Assembly (NCBI GenBank): GCA_000165345.1
Contig: CM000435.1
Span: 1,056,001 to 1,120,000 of the forward strand
Length of the DNA: 64,000 nucleotides
Reading direction: 5' to 3'
In this document: piece by piece, positions 43,773-55,458 of the stretch
Layout of the letters: every line of letters begins with the position of its first letter
Position numbering within the stretch: position 1 is the stretch's first letter
The notes under the pieces: model-generated
Seen by the model: only the letters and a program-made list of their open reading frames with translations
Database searches by the model: none
What the model was told of the DNA's origin: nothing
Made by a program: the position numbers and the translations under genes

Positions 43773-44502
43773 TAATATAGTCCATTGAGAATTAATTTTC
43801 GGTTTTTGAAGTCTTTTAGGAAAATGGATTCGTTTCCTATGTTTTCTTATAAATCTCAAAAAAGAATTAATTTTTTCAATGTGATTGATTTATAACTTTC
43901 CGCCTAAAAATTGACATATACTTGCTTAGATAAAATAACGTGGATTCTTAAAACCTATTAACTTTTCTTCCCCTCTTACCTTAAAAGTCTATGGGGGAGG
44001 GGGGGTATAAGATTTAGGCATAGAAAGAACATTATATTAAGTTCTGATTATTCTAAACAAACTGTTGTTTTTGGTAATCTTCTTCTCTATAGTATATCTT
44101 GCTTATTAAACAAACTATAATTCTAGCAAATATTGACAGAAAACTATAATTCAAGAACTAACAAAGATCTTATAGAAAATAAGATAAACAAAAAAGATAA
44201 AGAATAATGAAAACTTATTTTAAAACTACAAAAAAAAGGAAAAAAATCCCTTTTAATATTATTAACCAATAAAACTAGTAATTATAGCTTTTCTCACACT
44301 TGGATTAATTAAATACAGATGTTACCGCCTAAACACGTCATTTTTTGAAAAAAACCGGTATATGCTAGTAAAAAAAAGGTCAAATTAAAAAGTAGTAAAA
44401 AGGTATATAAGGTAGAAAGAAGAAAAAAGAAAGAATACTCAAAATTGTGTGAGTGGAGTCAAGTTTGAGAAATTTAGAGATAGTAATAATATTAATGGTA
44501 GA

Positions 44503-44751
44503 ATGGGAGAAGTGAAAGAAGGAAAGAAATCCAACCCATTCAAAAATTCTCTTAAGAAGGCAAAAATTCTGGAGGAGAAGAGGAAAGAAGAAGCAATAGA
44601 AAGAGAAAAGTTGAAACGAGAGAAAAAAATGAAAGTTAAAGAACGATATGATAAAAAGAGGGCTTTGCTAAAAAAAACAAAAAAAGGCCAGCCAGTTTTA
44701 TCGAGAAGAGTCAATTTTATGCTCGCAAAATTGCAAAAAGCCGGTAATTAG
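44503..44751 (+). CDS. Small basic coiled-coil protein, possibly of the Fyv7/TAP26 (CCDC59) rRNA-processing family, 82 aa
   Basis: The ORF-track start at 44449 is GTG; the first ATG is at 44503. A K/R/E-rich helix ends in KKTKKGQPVLSRRVNFMLAKLQK, which resembles the Fyv7/TAP26 C-terminal motif. Confidence 0.35.
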   Translation: MGEVKEGKKSNPFKNSLKKAKILEEKRKEEAIEREKLKREKKMKVKERYDKKRALLKKTKKGQPVLSRRVNFMLAKLQKAGN

Positions 44752-44859
44752 CAAAAAATATTACATGTTCGAATTAATGTGGACAATTTACATGCATTTC
44801 AAGACTTGAGTCAAAATATGCTCACTTTAATTACTGAGTGAAATTAATTAAAAATAAAA

Positions 44860-45846
44860 ATGAAATCTATTTTCCAGTTAATTTTCCTTGCTACATTCTT
44901 TCTTTTTGGGATTTTGAATGCTTTACAGATTCATGAATCTGTGACTTCTGCTTCAGTGGATAATTCTCTCTTGGGAAATGAAGTTTTTGACATGGATTCT
45001 GAAGTTGAAACCAAAGTTGATGAAAAAACCAATTCTCAAACTGATAATAAAATGACCACAGAATTTGATTATGATGAAAGTAAATCATCCAACTCAGATA
45101 TGTCTAAACAAACTGGTACATCCAAAGATACCAATACATCTTCACAAACTTATAATTCCAGTAGTGAATCTGATATTTATGAAAATGAATCAACAGCTTC
45201 TACTCAAGATTTTGAAACTTATCAAAGTATGGATAAGACTACTACTGGTACTACTACTAGTACTGATAAGAGTTATGATCAGACATCTAATGTTGATACA
45301 ACTGTTCAAGCAACTACCATGCCAAAACAGACTAGTAAAGTTATGAGAGCTGATCAGACCAATTCTTATAAGACTGTTACTCCTATGGGAACTTCTGATG
45401 ATTTGGAGATTGAAGATTATACTGTTGGCAAAAATACATATAACAAATCAGATGATGGTTATCAGAAGGATGTTACTAAATATCAATCAACTTCTACTAC
45501 ACCAACAGAAACTTCCACAACTAAGCATGTTACATTTGATGGAGAAGGATTCTTAAAGGCTGTATCTAAGTTGGTCAATATTAGAAAGAGAGTTAATACA
45601 GGAAATGATTCAGTTGCTACAACTAAAGATTATCAAAAGAGTGTTACTAGGGATACTACTGATTCTACAAAAAAGCCAACTGATAATCAAGGCGATCATG
45701 ATAATGATGATGAAGATGATCAAGAATCATTCTTTGATAAATATGGAATTCCAGAGTATGTATTTTGGATTATTGTATATACAGTTCCAGTCTTGTTTGT
45801 CCTCTTACTTTGCCTCACTTCTTACTGTTGTTGCTGCAGAAGATAA
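44860..45846 (+). CDS. Mucin-like Ser/Thr-rich type I membrane glycoprotein, 328 aa
   Basis: Signal peptide MKSIFQLIFLATFFLFGILNA. A long T/S/D/N-rich ectodomain. C-terminal TM helix IIVYTVPVLFVLLLCLTSY followed by CCCCRR, a possible palmitoylation site. Confidence 0.65.
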   Translation: MKSIFQLIFLATFFLFGILNALQIHESVTSASVDNSLLGNEVFDMDSEVETKVDEKTNSQTDNKMTTEFDYDESKSSNSDMSKQTGTSKDTNTSSQTYNSSSESDIYENESTASTQDFETYQSMDKTTTGTTTSTDKSYDQTSNVDTTVQATTMPKQTSKVMRADQTNSYKTVTPMGTSDDLEIEDYTVGKNTYNKSDDGYQKDVTKYQSTSTTPTETSTTKHVTFDGEGFLKAVSKLVNIRKRVNTGNDSVATTKDYQKSVTRDTTDSTKKPTDNQGDHDNDDEDDQESFFDKYGIPEYVFWIIVYTVPVLFVLLLCLTSYCCCCRR

Positions 45847-46153
45847 ACTTAAGTAATTGGATACTTTTAATAAATATATAGCATTCTAATCTATACAATT
45901 TATTAAAATATAAGTATTCATTATTGAATGATTTATATAGTAAAGCTTATTTGGTATAGTTACAGGTATTTCAAAGTATTCCAAGTATTATGAAGGAAAA
46001 ACTTTAATGAGAAGACAAGCAATTAAAACTTTTAATATTAGCTTTACTATTTTCCCTATTATATAAGAAAAAACAAGAATGATGATCACTATTAAGTAGA
46101 TATTTAAACATACTATTTACCTCTATTTTCTTTGATTAATATACTAAACCTTA

Positions 46154-47353
46154 TTACTTAACTAAGTATACATCATTTGAGATTATTGGACGAGTGTCTA
46201 TGTAAAAACGATTATTATTTATACTTTTATAAAGCTTCTTACACTCTTTCTTCTCTCTCAAGTTAGTTTTCTTTCTTACAAGGTGAGTATCATTTGAATT
46301 ACTTTTTCCTTCATTAAGTTCTTTCTCTCCGTTTTTCAATACATTTCTCTTCTTAATATTCTTTTCCAGCTTTTTAACATCCTCCTTTTGTTTATTTCTT
46401 GGGATATCCTCATAAGATTCTGGTATTTCTTCTTTTTCAACCTTTTCATTTCTAACTTTTTCATTTAGATTCTTCTCTTCTCTATTCTTCTCAACAAAAA
46501 GATTATCATCTTGAATATTATTTATATCTTTGGTTACTTTCACTTTGAAAGGAGTTTTAAGGTTACGAGTGCTGTATTTAAGATTTGACACGTCATTATT
46601 AAGACCATCTATAGTTTTTGTGTCTTCAAAATTAAAATTATTGTTGTAAATAAACAAATTTCTTGAGTTGGAATAGTCATTGATAATTTTTTCAAGAGAG
46701 TCGTTATCTTCAGGATTAAATTCGTTTTTTCTTTCTATTCCTATTTCTCTTTCATCCACAATTAAAGTCTTATCACTTTTTTCGCTACTAAGTATGAATT
46801 CAATTTGATCATATTTTTGAAAAGTATGGGTTTTGTCTAAAGTACTTACTCCCTTGTAAAACTTAGAATTATCACATACATTCAAGATATTAAAAGCTCC
46901 ATTATAATTTGTATCATTAAACAAAATATTATACATTGCATAGTTTTCTGTTAATGTTAGTGATTGAAAATCACTTTCTTTAAGTTTTTCAACAAGTTGA
47001 GATTTTTCCATGGATGTCAAAATATGATCCTCGGAATTTAGTATTTGAATATTATCATTGTAATTAACCCATGAAATAAAATTATATTTGATTAAACTCA
47101 AAATTTCTTTTTTTTGTTTTCCAGTTAATTCAGTTTCACCTAATTCTGAAAAGTATGTGGGAAAGAATCGAAAACATTCTTCTTCTTTCTTAGTAATTTG
47201 AATCATATGGTTATTCTCATTCCTTGTTAACTTAATATTTTCAATAAATGTTACTAAGGCTGGATCATTTGAATAGGCCTCTTTGAATTGGATAAATATA
47301 TTAAATAGAGAAAGAATGAGAAATAAAAGAACTTTTTTTGGTTCAAAAATCAT
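46154..47353 (-). CDS. Secreted Lys/Asn/Glu-rich hypothetical protein, 399 aa
   Basis: ATG checked. Signal peptide MIFEPKKVLLFLILSLFNIFIQFKEAYS. No TM helix. Confidence 0.5.
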   Translation of the reverse strand: MIFEPKKVLLFLILSLFNIFIQFKEAYSNDPALVTFIENIKLTRNENNHMIQITKKEEECFRFFPTYFSELGETELTGKQKKEILSLIKYNFISWVNYNDNIQILNSEDHILTSMEKSQLVEKLKESDFQSLTLTENYAMYNILFNDTNYNGAFNILNVCDNSKFYKGVSTLDKTHTFQKYDQIEFILSSEKSDKTLIVDEREIGIERKNEFNPEDNDSLEKIINDYSNSRNLFIYNNNFNFEDTKTIDGLNNDVSNLKYSTRNLKTPFKVKVTKDINNIQDDNLFVEKNREEKNLNEKVRNEKVEKEEIPESYEDIPRNKQKEDVKKLEKNIKKRNVLKNGEKELNEGKSNSNDTHLVRKKTNLREKKECKKLYKSINNNRFYIDTRPIISNDVYLVK

Positions 47354-47894
47354 AGTATTGTTTCATAAAGTATTGACAAAAAGAAATACTATTTCTAAAA
47401 TGATTGACTTTATTTAAATTTTGAACCCCTCAACTTTTTTTTACCCTCAATTTTTCACATATTACACATTTTGCACAATTTCGGTACCGTGTAGTCATTA
47501 TAGAAAATTTCACTATTTTCAAATTTAAGAAAACTTTTAATATTTTGATAAATTGGAGTAGAATAGCACTTTAATAATATACAAATTCCTAATTAAAACA
47601 ATTTCCTTTTTTTATAGTCAATTTTAAAAATTTTTCTATTTGTCAATTATTTTAATATAGATCTAATGAGTGTGGTACCGAACGATTTAGGCGGGGAATT
47701 GCAGAATAAATAAAATATAGAAAAAGATAAGCAAGTTAAATTTTTAGCAATAAGATATTGAAGTAAAAGAAGGAAAGAAGAGATTTCCACAGAAGAAGTC
47801 AAGGTGTTTGAAGATTAATGAATTAAAAGTTGTGTAGATGAGTGAGTATTTAAAGGCTTGAATTAATTATTAATACCATCCTTCTGAATTGATA

Positions 47895-50627
47895 ATGGGG
47901 GAGAATAAAGATGAGTTTCAGGAAGGAGAAAATGGACTCTTTCGGTTAGTTGATTCTCAAGAAAAAAAGAACGAAGATATAGTCAGAATTGATTCGGAGG
48001 AGGATATTGAAAAAACAGAGATGAGTGTTCTTTGTTTGTATTCAAGTTCAGGTTCAGTATCAGATTCATACTCTTCAGTAGGCTCATCAGGATTTATTTC
48101 TATTTCAACAGGATTATCCGGATCAATTTTAACAAATGATAGTATTTCTCCAGTTTCTTCAAGGTCAGATTCAGAAAGTTACTCAATTGGATCACTATCA
48201 GAAAGTTCGATACCTACTTTTCCAACATTTAAAGATTCAAGTTTTAGAACATCACACTTTTCAAAAGAAACATTAGAAGAAGAGGTAGATCAACAAGAAT
48301 GTATAGAAGATATCCCACAAATTAATTCAGAGAATTCGCTTGAGGAGTTACTTTTTAAAAATCTAACAATTAATGGACTAGTAATGAAGAATTTGAATAG
48401 CTTAACATCAAAATATTCAGGCGATTTACTTTCTGAGTTGATGAGGCTTAACTTAAAAGATTTAGTAGAGAATTTCTTTGGAATTTATTCAATAGAATAC
48501 TATGAAAAGAATTTACCATTAATTTGCTCTTTTCTTTCAGTTCTTTTTGAACTTTCTTATAATGAAAATAAACTAAGTGAATTAAATGTAAAATTATGGA
48601 TATTTTTTGAATTGACGTTTGAGGAGATTTTAAAGATTTTTAATATTAAAGAGATTGATGAGCTCCCATTAATTCCAGTAGTCTACTGGATGATAGAGAA
48701 TTGGAATAAGTATGACATGTTTCTAAATTTTAAGAACCATGAAAATAAAGTAGAAGAAATTAAAAATAAGCTAAATGGAATCCTTTTTTCTTTACACCTT
48801 AGAAAAGATTTTGAAGTTCCTGGCCCAGCAGTAGAGTATTACTTTAGATTAATATTGGACTATAGGTCAGGAGATGCATTTCAGGGATGCATTTTATATG
48901 TAATAAAATCCATAAAATTCCTTGTGAATTACTTACTAGGACCAATCAAAGTGAAATCTGATAAAGCCAATTTTAAAGGAATTATTGAGATTTTAAATAA
49001 TTTTGATCAAAACAGAACCCAAATTTTCTCAAGAACATTAGATATTTTAATCTTAAATTCAAAATCAAATGAGCGTGAAAACCAAATTCAAGATATGGAA
49101 CTTAATTCAACTTTCGAAAAGACTATCCCAATTTACTTCTTTTCAGCATTCTTCCTAATCAAATATCCAGAAGACAAAATCATCCAAAACATCCTCCTGG
49201 ACATAATTATTTCAATCTGCAACAATAATTCACTAAAATTCGAGCATAGAAAACAATCAATTGTCCACATTATTAGTTTAATTTTACATGCATGCAAAAA
49301 CACGTCATCAGGCGGGACATTAGAACGGTCAATAGTGGACTTATTATTGCAAGTATTTAATTTAGAAATATGGAGTTACCTGGATAGTTTTAAAATTATG
49401 GAAATTTTGGATACGGTGGATGGAGTTATTAGGGGAATGACAGAAAGAGCGAGATTAGGTGATTCTGCGAAGAATGAGTTTGAAATAATTTCAAGATTAT
49501 ACCAGTTACAAAGTATACTACTGGTGACATCTAGTAATGGCTTTAAAAATGAAGACAAAGAGAAAGGCGGTGAGGCTTATAATGATTACGAGGTGGAGTT
49601 CAATGAAAATGGTTGGAGGACTAAGCTAATTAATTCTTATATGAATTTAAATGAAAAAGATAAAGGTATACGAAATATTGGAAATACTTGCTATTTAAAT
49701 TCAACAATTCAATGCTTGGCGTTGAGTTACTATTTTATCGAATGGCTTCATGAATATATGAGAAACAAATTCTCTAAACCAAATAAATTAATTTTGTATC
49801 TTTTCGAATTTTTAACTTGTATATTAGAGCCAATTAAACAAGATGGAAAATATAACATAGTTGCAAGGATTTGCAGTAACAATAATGCTAAGTCTGTAGA
49901 TTTAAGATTTGTTAAAGAAATATCCAATACATTCAGTTTTGGGAAACAGCATGATGCTTCTGAGTTTTTAAGATATTTATTAACAAATATTGATGATAAT
50001 TGCTCACCTTTCATAATGTTGACAGAAGATTACGTTAAATGTTTATCTTGCGGAGCGATTGAGTCAAAGAAAAATCATTCATTATCTATTATTGATTTAT
50101 ATGTTTTTAATAACTCTTTATCTCATTCAGATAACAGAGAAAATCTTAACTTAAGTAATGATTATATAATAACTCTGGATTCTCTGATTAAAAATCACTT
50201 CTTATCTGAAAATATTCCAGATTCTCTTGACTGTGACCATTGTCAACAGAAAAGTGCCTCCGAAAGATGGAATTCAATAGTTAATCCCTCTAAGTATGTT
50301 ATTTTGGCATTACATAACTACTTTTGGGACCAAAAATCAAATAAAGGCATAAAACAAAACGAGATAAAAATAATCTTTAATGAACTATTTATGCTTAATA
50401 ATCACAAATACATTATTTACGCACTCATCTTTCACAAAGGAAAGACTACCAACTCGGGACATTATTACACTATAGGAAGAAAACATTTCTACGATAATTC
50501 TAAAGAAAAAAACCCAAGTTGGTTTGAATACGATGATAATATTATCTCATATATTGAATCATTCTACCAAATTCAGAAATCTAATGAAAATCCTTTCCTA
50601 ATTTTTGCCTTACTTGCAGATAAATAA
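47895..50627 (+). CDS. Ubiquitin carboxyl-terminal hydrolase (USP/UBP family), 910 aa
   Basis: The ORF-track start at 47889 is TTG; the first ATG is at 47895. Cys box GIRNIGNTCYLNSTIQCLA and His box GHYYTIGRK…WFEYDDNIIS in the C-terminal third. Confidence 0.8.
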   Translation: MGENKDEFQEGENGLFRLVDSQEKKNEDIVRIDSEEDIEKTEMSVLCLYSSSGSVSDSYSSVGSSGFISISTGLSGSILTNDSISPVSSRSDSESYSIGSLSESSIPTFPTFKDSSFRTSHFSKETLEEEVDQQECIEDIPQINSENSLEELLFKNLTINGLVMKNLNSLTSKYSGDLLSELMRLNLKDLVENFFGIYSIEYYEKNLPLICSFLSVLFELSYNENKLSELNVKLWIFFELTFEEILKIFNIKEIDELPLIPVVYWMIENWNKYDMFLNFKNHENKVEEIKNKLNGILFSLHLRKDFEVPGPAVEYYFRLILDYRSGDAFQGCILYVIKSIKFLVNYLLGPIKVKSDKANFKGIIEILNNFDQNRTQIFSRTLDILILNSKSNERENQIQDMELNSTFEKTIPIYFFSAFFLIKYPEDKIIQNILLDIIISICNNNSLKFEHRKQSIVHIISLILHACKNTSSGGTLERSIVDLLLQVFNLEIWSYLDSFKIMEILDTVDGVIRGMTERARLGDSAKNEFEIISRLYQLQSILLVTSSNGFKNEDKEKGGEAYNDYEVEFNENGWRTKLINSYMNLNEKDKGIRNIGNTCYLNSTIQCLALSYYFIEWLHEYMRNKFSKPNKLILYLFEFLTCILEPIKQDGKYNIVARICSNNNAKSVDLRFVKEISNTFSFGKQHDASEFLRYLLTNIDDNCSPFIMLTEDYVKCLSCGAIESKKNHSLSIIDLYVFNNSLSHSDNRENLNLSNDYIITLDSLIKNHFLSENIPDSLDCDHCQQKSASERWNSIVNPSKYVILALHNYFWDQKSNKGIKQNEIKIIFNELFMLNNHKYIIYALIFHKGKTTNSGHYYTIGRKHFYDNSKEKNPSWFEYDDNIISYIESFYQIQKSNENPFLIFALLADK

Positions 50628-50677
50628 TTACTACTTCATTTATTCCTTCATCTCCTCTCCATTATACTACTATCATC

Positions 50678-50719
<42 letters not shown>

Positions 50720-51432
50720 CACACATTAATACACTAGTTAAAGCACTTTTAACTTTTACTTTCCAAATTGTAATTTTCTCCAAACTGAATTATCCCAAAT
50801 ATTAATTACATGTTACCGGTAGACAAGACGTGTGCATGCAATGCAGGGAAATATCGATTTACGAGACATAATGTATCGCGGAATCTAAAAAACGCTTTTT
50901 ATAAATAGAGAATAAATTAAAGAAGCGTGTAAGCAATATGTATAATATCACGATAATGTTATTAACAAAAATGGCAGGAATTTTCATGTAAGACAAAACG
51001 TGTTATAATGATAATTTAATATCAAAATATAATATTAATAGTTTATAAAGAAATAGGTGCATTTTAGGAATTTGAACAAAACTCTGTCGTTTGAACTGAT
51101 ATAATTTACTAAACAAGATTCTATTATTTTGTCAACAATATATCAGTGTTAAAAAGGAGAATTATTAACAAATTTATATATTTAGAAGAAGTTAAATTAT
51201 TTGATGTTCCTTTATTATTATTAGTGCGAACACTAAATAATTTTTTTCCCAAAGAGAAGTTTCATTGAATTTTCAATTTAATTTCCAGAAAATCAATCAA
51301 ATTCAAAACTGTTTATTAAAATTCTCCAATAAAAAATTTTCCCTTATTCAAACAATATCGTCTTCATTTTTTGAAATTTGAGTTTTACTTATTATATGGA
51401 AATTTGTTCAAGATAGCTTAAAACAATAAAAA

Positions 51433-52368
51433 ATGACAGGGTTTGGAATTAATGACGCTATTTTAGGATTGGCATTTATGTATTCAAGTGCAGATTTAAT
51501 ATCTCAATGGGATAGTTTTTCTACATGTTGCCATCCAATACAACTTTGGTTAATTATAAGTTATATCACAATTATTGCTTTCAGAGTGATTCACTATGTT
51601 TCAAATTATCTTTCAGAAGGAAGTGATGATGTATTACCATATAGCAGTACCTCAGGAATTCCATTCTGGTTAAATTTATCAGTAGTTTGTTTAATTTTCC
51701 CATTCTTCCTTTCTTGGACAGTTGTTGGAACTGTTTGGTTAAAGAATATTGAGTCCAAAACTCCACAATGTTTAGCTGGAAATGGCTCAAGCCACCCTTG
51801 GTTTTTGATCTTTTGGCTTGTACTTTGCTATATTTGGATCGTTGCTTATACTGCTTTTATTAGCATCTCTATATTCTTCGAGTTTAGAGTTAGAAGAGCT
51901 GAAGAAGATCTCTTATTGTTAGAGAATGATGAAGTTATGAGACGTTGGGGAAGACTCAGATTACTTGCAGACTATGGTATCCACTTTATTAGACATGGTC
52001 TTACCCCAGTCGAAGTTGCTGCTTTACCTTTAAGCAAAGTTAAAGTTGAAGAGTTTAATGATCCTTGTTCTATTTGTATAGAAGACTTTAAGTTAAATGA
52101 AGAAATTCGAACCTTACCAGCATGTGGACATTCTTTTCATAAAGGATGCATTGATGCCTGGTTACTCCGTAATGCTATTTGTCCTAATTGCAAGACTTTA
52201 GTGAGATATGGAAAAACTGAAACTGGTACTTCACCTTGTAGAGGAAGTAGTCATATTCCAGATCATCAAAATTCGTCATATAGATCAAATTCTCGAGATT
52301 CAGTATCTACAATGGATACTAGAAGAGAGGCTGGAAGAGAGAGAAGTTATGACAGTTTGATGGTATAA
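51433..52368 (+). CDS. Multi-pass membrane RING-H2 E3 ubiquitin ligase-like protein, 311 aa
   Basis: Four N-terminal TM helices, then CSICIEDFKLNEEIRTLPACGHSFHKGCIDAWLLRNAICPNCK (C3H2C3 RING-H2). Confidence 0.7.
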   Translation: MTGFGINDAILGLAFMYSSADLISQWDSFSTCCHPIQLWLIISYITIIAFRVIHYVSNYLSEGSDDVLPYSSTSGIPFWLNLSVVCLIFPFFLSWTVVGTVWLKNIESKTPQCLAGNGSSHPWFLIFWLVLCYIWIVAYTAFISISIFFEFRVRRAEEDLLLLENDEVMRRWGRLRLLADYGIHFIRHGLTPVEVAALPLSKVKVEEFNDPCSICIEDFKLNEEIRTLPACGHSFHKGCIDAWLLRNAICPNCKTLVRYGKTETGTSPCRGSSHIPDHQNSSYRSNSRDSVSTMDTRREAGRERSYDSLMV

Positions 52369-52657
52369 GGATTCAGTTTTCTTGTTGAAGGGTGATAACC
52401 TCTCAAGCAATACTGGTTTTGTTTGATTTTTTATATTTAACGTTTGTTTTCCCTTATATATACGAATCTTGATTTCCATACATTAGAGATATAGAAATAA
52501 CAAATAAATATTTATATATAATGCAGGAAAAATTATTAATAGTTTCTAAGATAATAGTATAGTATATTAAATAAATTGTATAAGATATTAAACAAGATAT
52601 AAAAGATAATTTTGAATATAATTAATAATTAATTCAGTGTTTGTTGATTTCCTTAGC

Positions 52658-54833
52658 TTAAATGGAGGAAATGCTTAAGTTAACGTTTTTTTTGTGATTT
52701 AAATCTTGATTGACAGGCATACAGCTAATTCTGTATTTGGTTGCATACTTCCACTCAAGGATTGCATGCAAAATATAAATAGTTGAAATAATATATAATC
52801 CGATTTCGAACGAACCAAAGAAATTGGTTGTTATGTGAAGAATCAAAGAGATAAAAGCTATAATAAGACCATCAACAATGGTAACAATAATTCCAGAAAA
52901 TGCAGATAATTTTCCTAATAAAGGATATTAGAAATGTTTTCAAAAGTATGATTTTGAGATAATTAATTAAACCTACCTTGTTTCTTCTCATCATCCATAT
53001 GTAGTTGATATATAACACTCAACCCAATCTTCGGAACCGAATAACAACCAAAGAAAATGGCTGAAAAGGCAAATATTGCACAAAGACCTGCAATAAAAAT
53101 GGTTAACATATTTCTCAAAGTATTAGGATGCGCGCCTTTATTTTTGGCATTGCATGCATTTATGTGGATAACTTACATGTAATCTGCATGAAAAAAAATT
53201 GAGAATAAAATTTCATAATGGAGATAGATACTGGGAGAATGATGACTGATAGATCTGCAATTGAAATTTGAAGGAATAGTCGGTTAAGGGTATTTTCATT
53301 GAGGAACTGAAAAATGAATTTGGAATAGGAGATATCAGTGGATGAAGGTGTAGATTCTGAAGAAATTGTATGATTTTCTGTGGAGAAGTTGCACTCAAAG
53401 TCTTTATTTGCATTGACTTCAAATTCTTTGTTTTGAATATATTCTTTTTGATACTTCCATGTAACAATTAAGCTTGATAGTTTTCCAAATCCTAGGGTAA
53501 TTGCTACTAGAAGTAGAGATAGAGGTGCCCAATAGCTTTTAGGGTTTTGTTTTTCGAAAGAAAACTTTTCTAACAATTCTTTTGAGGTATGGATGATTGT
53601 TAGAGGGATAATTATTGAAATCATGACATCTTCAAATGCTGTTTCAAAAGCCAAACAGAATATCCGATTTCTAATATTGATATCTTGGCAAACAAATACA
53701 AAACCTTCTGAGAAGTTAGAGATTTTGTTCTGGATTTCTTTGATAGTGGATCTGGGAACAAGGCTTGCAGCGTTTTCTTCTAATTCAAAAACTTTTTGAG
53801 CTCTCTCTTGATTAATATTTAGATAGTATTCGCCAGAATCTTCGTTTGTGGTTAATCTAGACTCTTTGCTTACTGGGATTCCAAATTTATAATATATAAT
53901 TGATATGGTTGAAAGAGTTTGAAAAATTGAAATTATCATAAGAGCTGGAATCTCAATACCAGAATTACCAAGATCAAAACTAATGTATTTATTCAATTCC
54001 ATATCTGAAAATTCTACATTTGTTACTTTCATTAAATTATACCAAAATACTAAACATAGTATTGAAAAAGCCAGAATAGGATTCAGTAATACAAATGAAA
54101 CATCAAAGATTGTCAAGTGAGTGTATACCGCTTGAGATTTTTGAGTTGCTGTGATTTCTATATCATATTGATTGGAAAGATAATTCAGACCTCCACAATC
54201 CAAATCAACAACGTTTAATAATGAAATAAGTACACCATCTAAAGCTATTAGTATATAGAATTGGGTATTACCAATAATTTCGTATATTGATTCATGCCCA
54301 TAATATCTTCCAACAACATAAACAAAAGGAAGATAAGAACTCCACATAAATGATCGTAGCATTGTTACATAAACAAGGATAGTTCTCATTGAGAACTTCT
54401 CAGAAATCACTCTTGATACTGGCGACATTATTACGAGCATCAAATTAAAAACCAGTCTAGCATTTCCAGCTGCTAACTCTGACTCCATAATAAATGTGAT
54501 TACTGTTCCAAAAAAACCCCACCAAATTGCTGCTGATATTACACTAATTAGTTGTCCATAGACAAACGATCTATAAATTTGGTCTCCATTTCTTTCTCCT
54601 GAAAAACTACTTGAAAACCAAGAAAGTGTGCTATAAAATAAATAATATATCCATCTCTTTAATATTATGAGTTTCTCTCTGACTATTACCATGAAAGTCG
54701 GTATCCTTCTTTCTTCTAAATTTAATTCTGGTGGAATTATTCGAATTGTAGGTATCTGAAGGTATCCTTGACTCAGACGAGGAAACTCATCTCTATTGCT
54801 GTTTTCATATTCTAGTCTATAACTTTCTCCCAT
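52658..54833 (-). CDS. Polytopic (about 12 TM) membrane protein, possibly an MFS-type transporter. Proposed three-exon model: 53177..54833, 52977..53087 and 52658..52914, about 674 aa
   Basis: ORF 53160..54833 ends 13 nt after an in-frame T|GTAAGT donor. The acceptor TTTTATTGCAG| at 53088 continues in frame (C LCAIFAFSAIFFGCYSVPK…KKQ), and a second intron (donor CAAG|GTAGGT, acceptor TTTATTAG|) joins to GKLSAFSGIIVTIVDGLIIAF…SISSI*. The added exons supply three more hydrophobic helices, giving a 6+6 arrangement. Alternative: 52658..53109 is a separate 127-aa membrane-protein gene starting ATG 53107-53109. Confidence 0.45.
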
Positions 54834-55458
54834 GTAAATACTTTAAATGGCAATTTTTATTCACTTTTATTTGCCTTAGGAGACATTTAAGAAGAAGAAA
54901 TTAACTAATTTCTTCATTATTAACTTTTCTTATCTTTGAAAATGTTATATATTTCTTTTTTTACTCAGTCCCCCCCACATCACTACCTTTTTTTTAATTC
55001 TATATTAATATTTCATAAATGGTCAAAACATAAAAATTTCTATTGAAATATCAAAAGATTATAAACTTGTCATTGAAAATCAAAAATGAGTAAAGGACCC
55101 TATAGAGTTTAATTTTTATAGCTTTATTATTAGAATCGTATTTTACTATTAATTTTAATCACCCCTTGAGTAAATAAAATTTATTAACTGCATGCAATTA
55201 GACTGTATTATTATGTGAAACAAAATACAAATTTTTCAACAAGACAAAATAATTCATCGATTATTTAATTCTTTTAAACTTTATATTTTGTTAAAAATAT
55301 CAAGAAAAATGTCAATTCTGACCGAGTTTTCTTCCAGAATTTAACAATGATATATTATTGAATTGGGTTTTGGCGGGAAGCCAAATTAATTTAATAAAGT
55401 AAATAAATACTGGTATCAATTACATTATGATGTGTGTAAAATAAAATTCACAAGGAAA

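Noticed and set aside
53107-53109. Treating 52658..53109 as an independent two-exon 127-aa gene, as opposed to terminal exons of the upstream gene
   Set aside because: Not fully rejected; I keep it as the alternative model. I disfavour it because the upstream gene's stop is preceded by an in-frame consensus donor and the fused product has a sensible 12-TM topology. A stand-alone gene would have only a 50-bp promoter.
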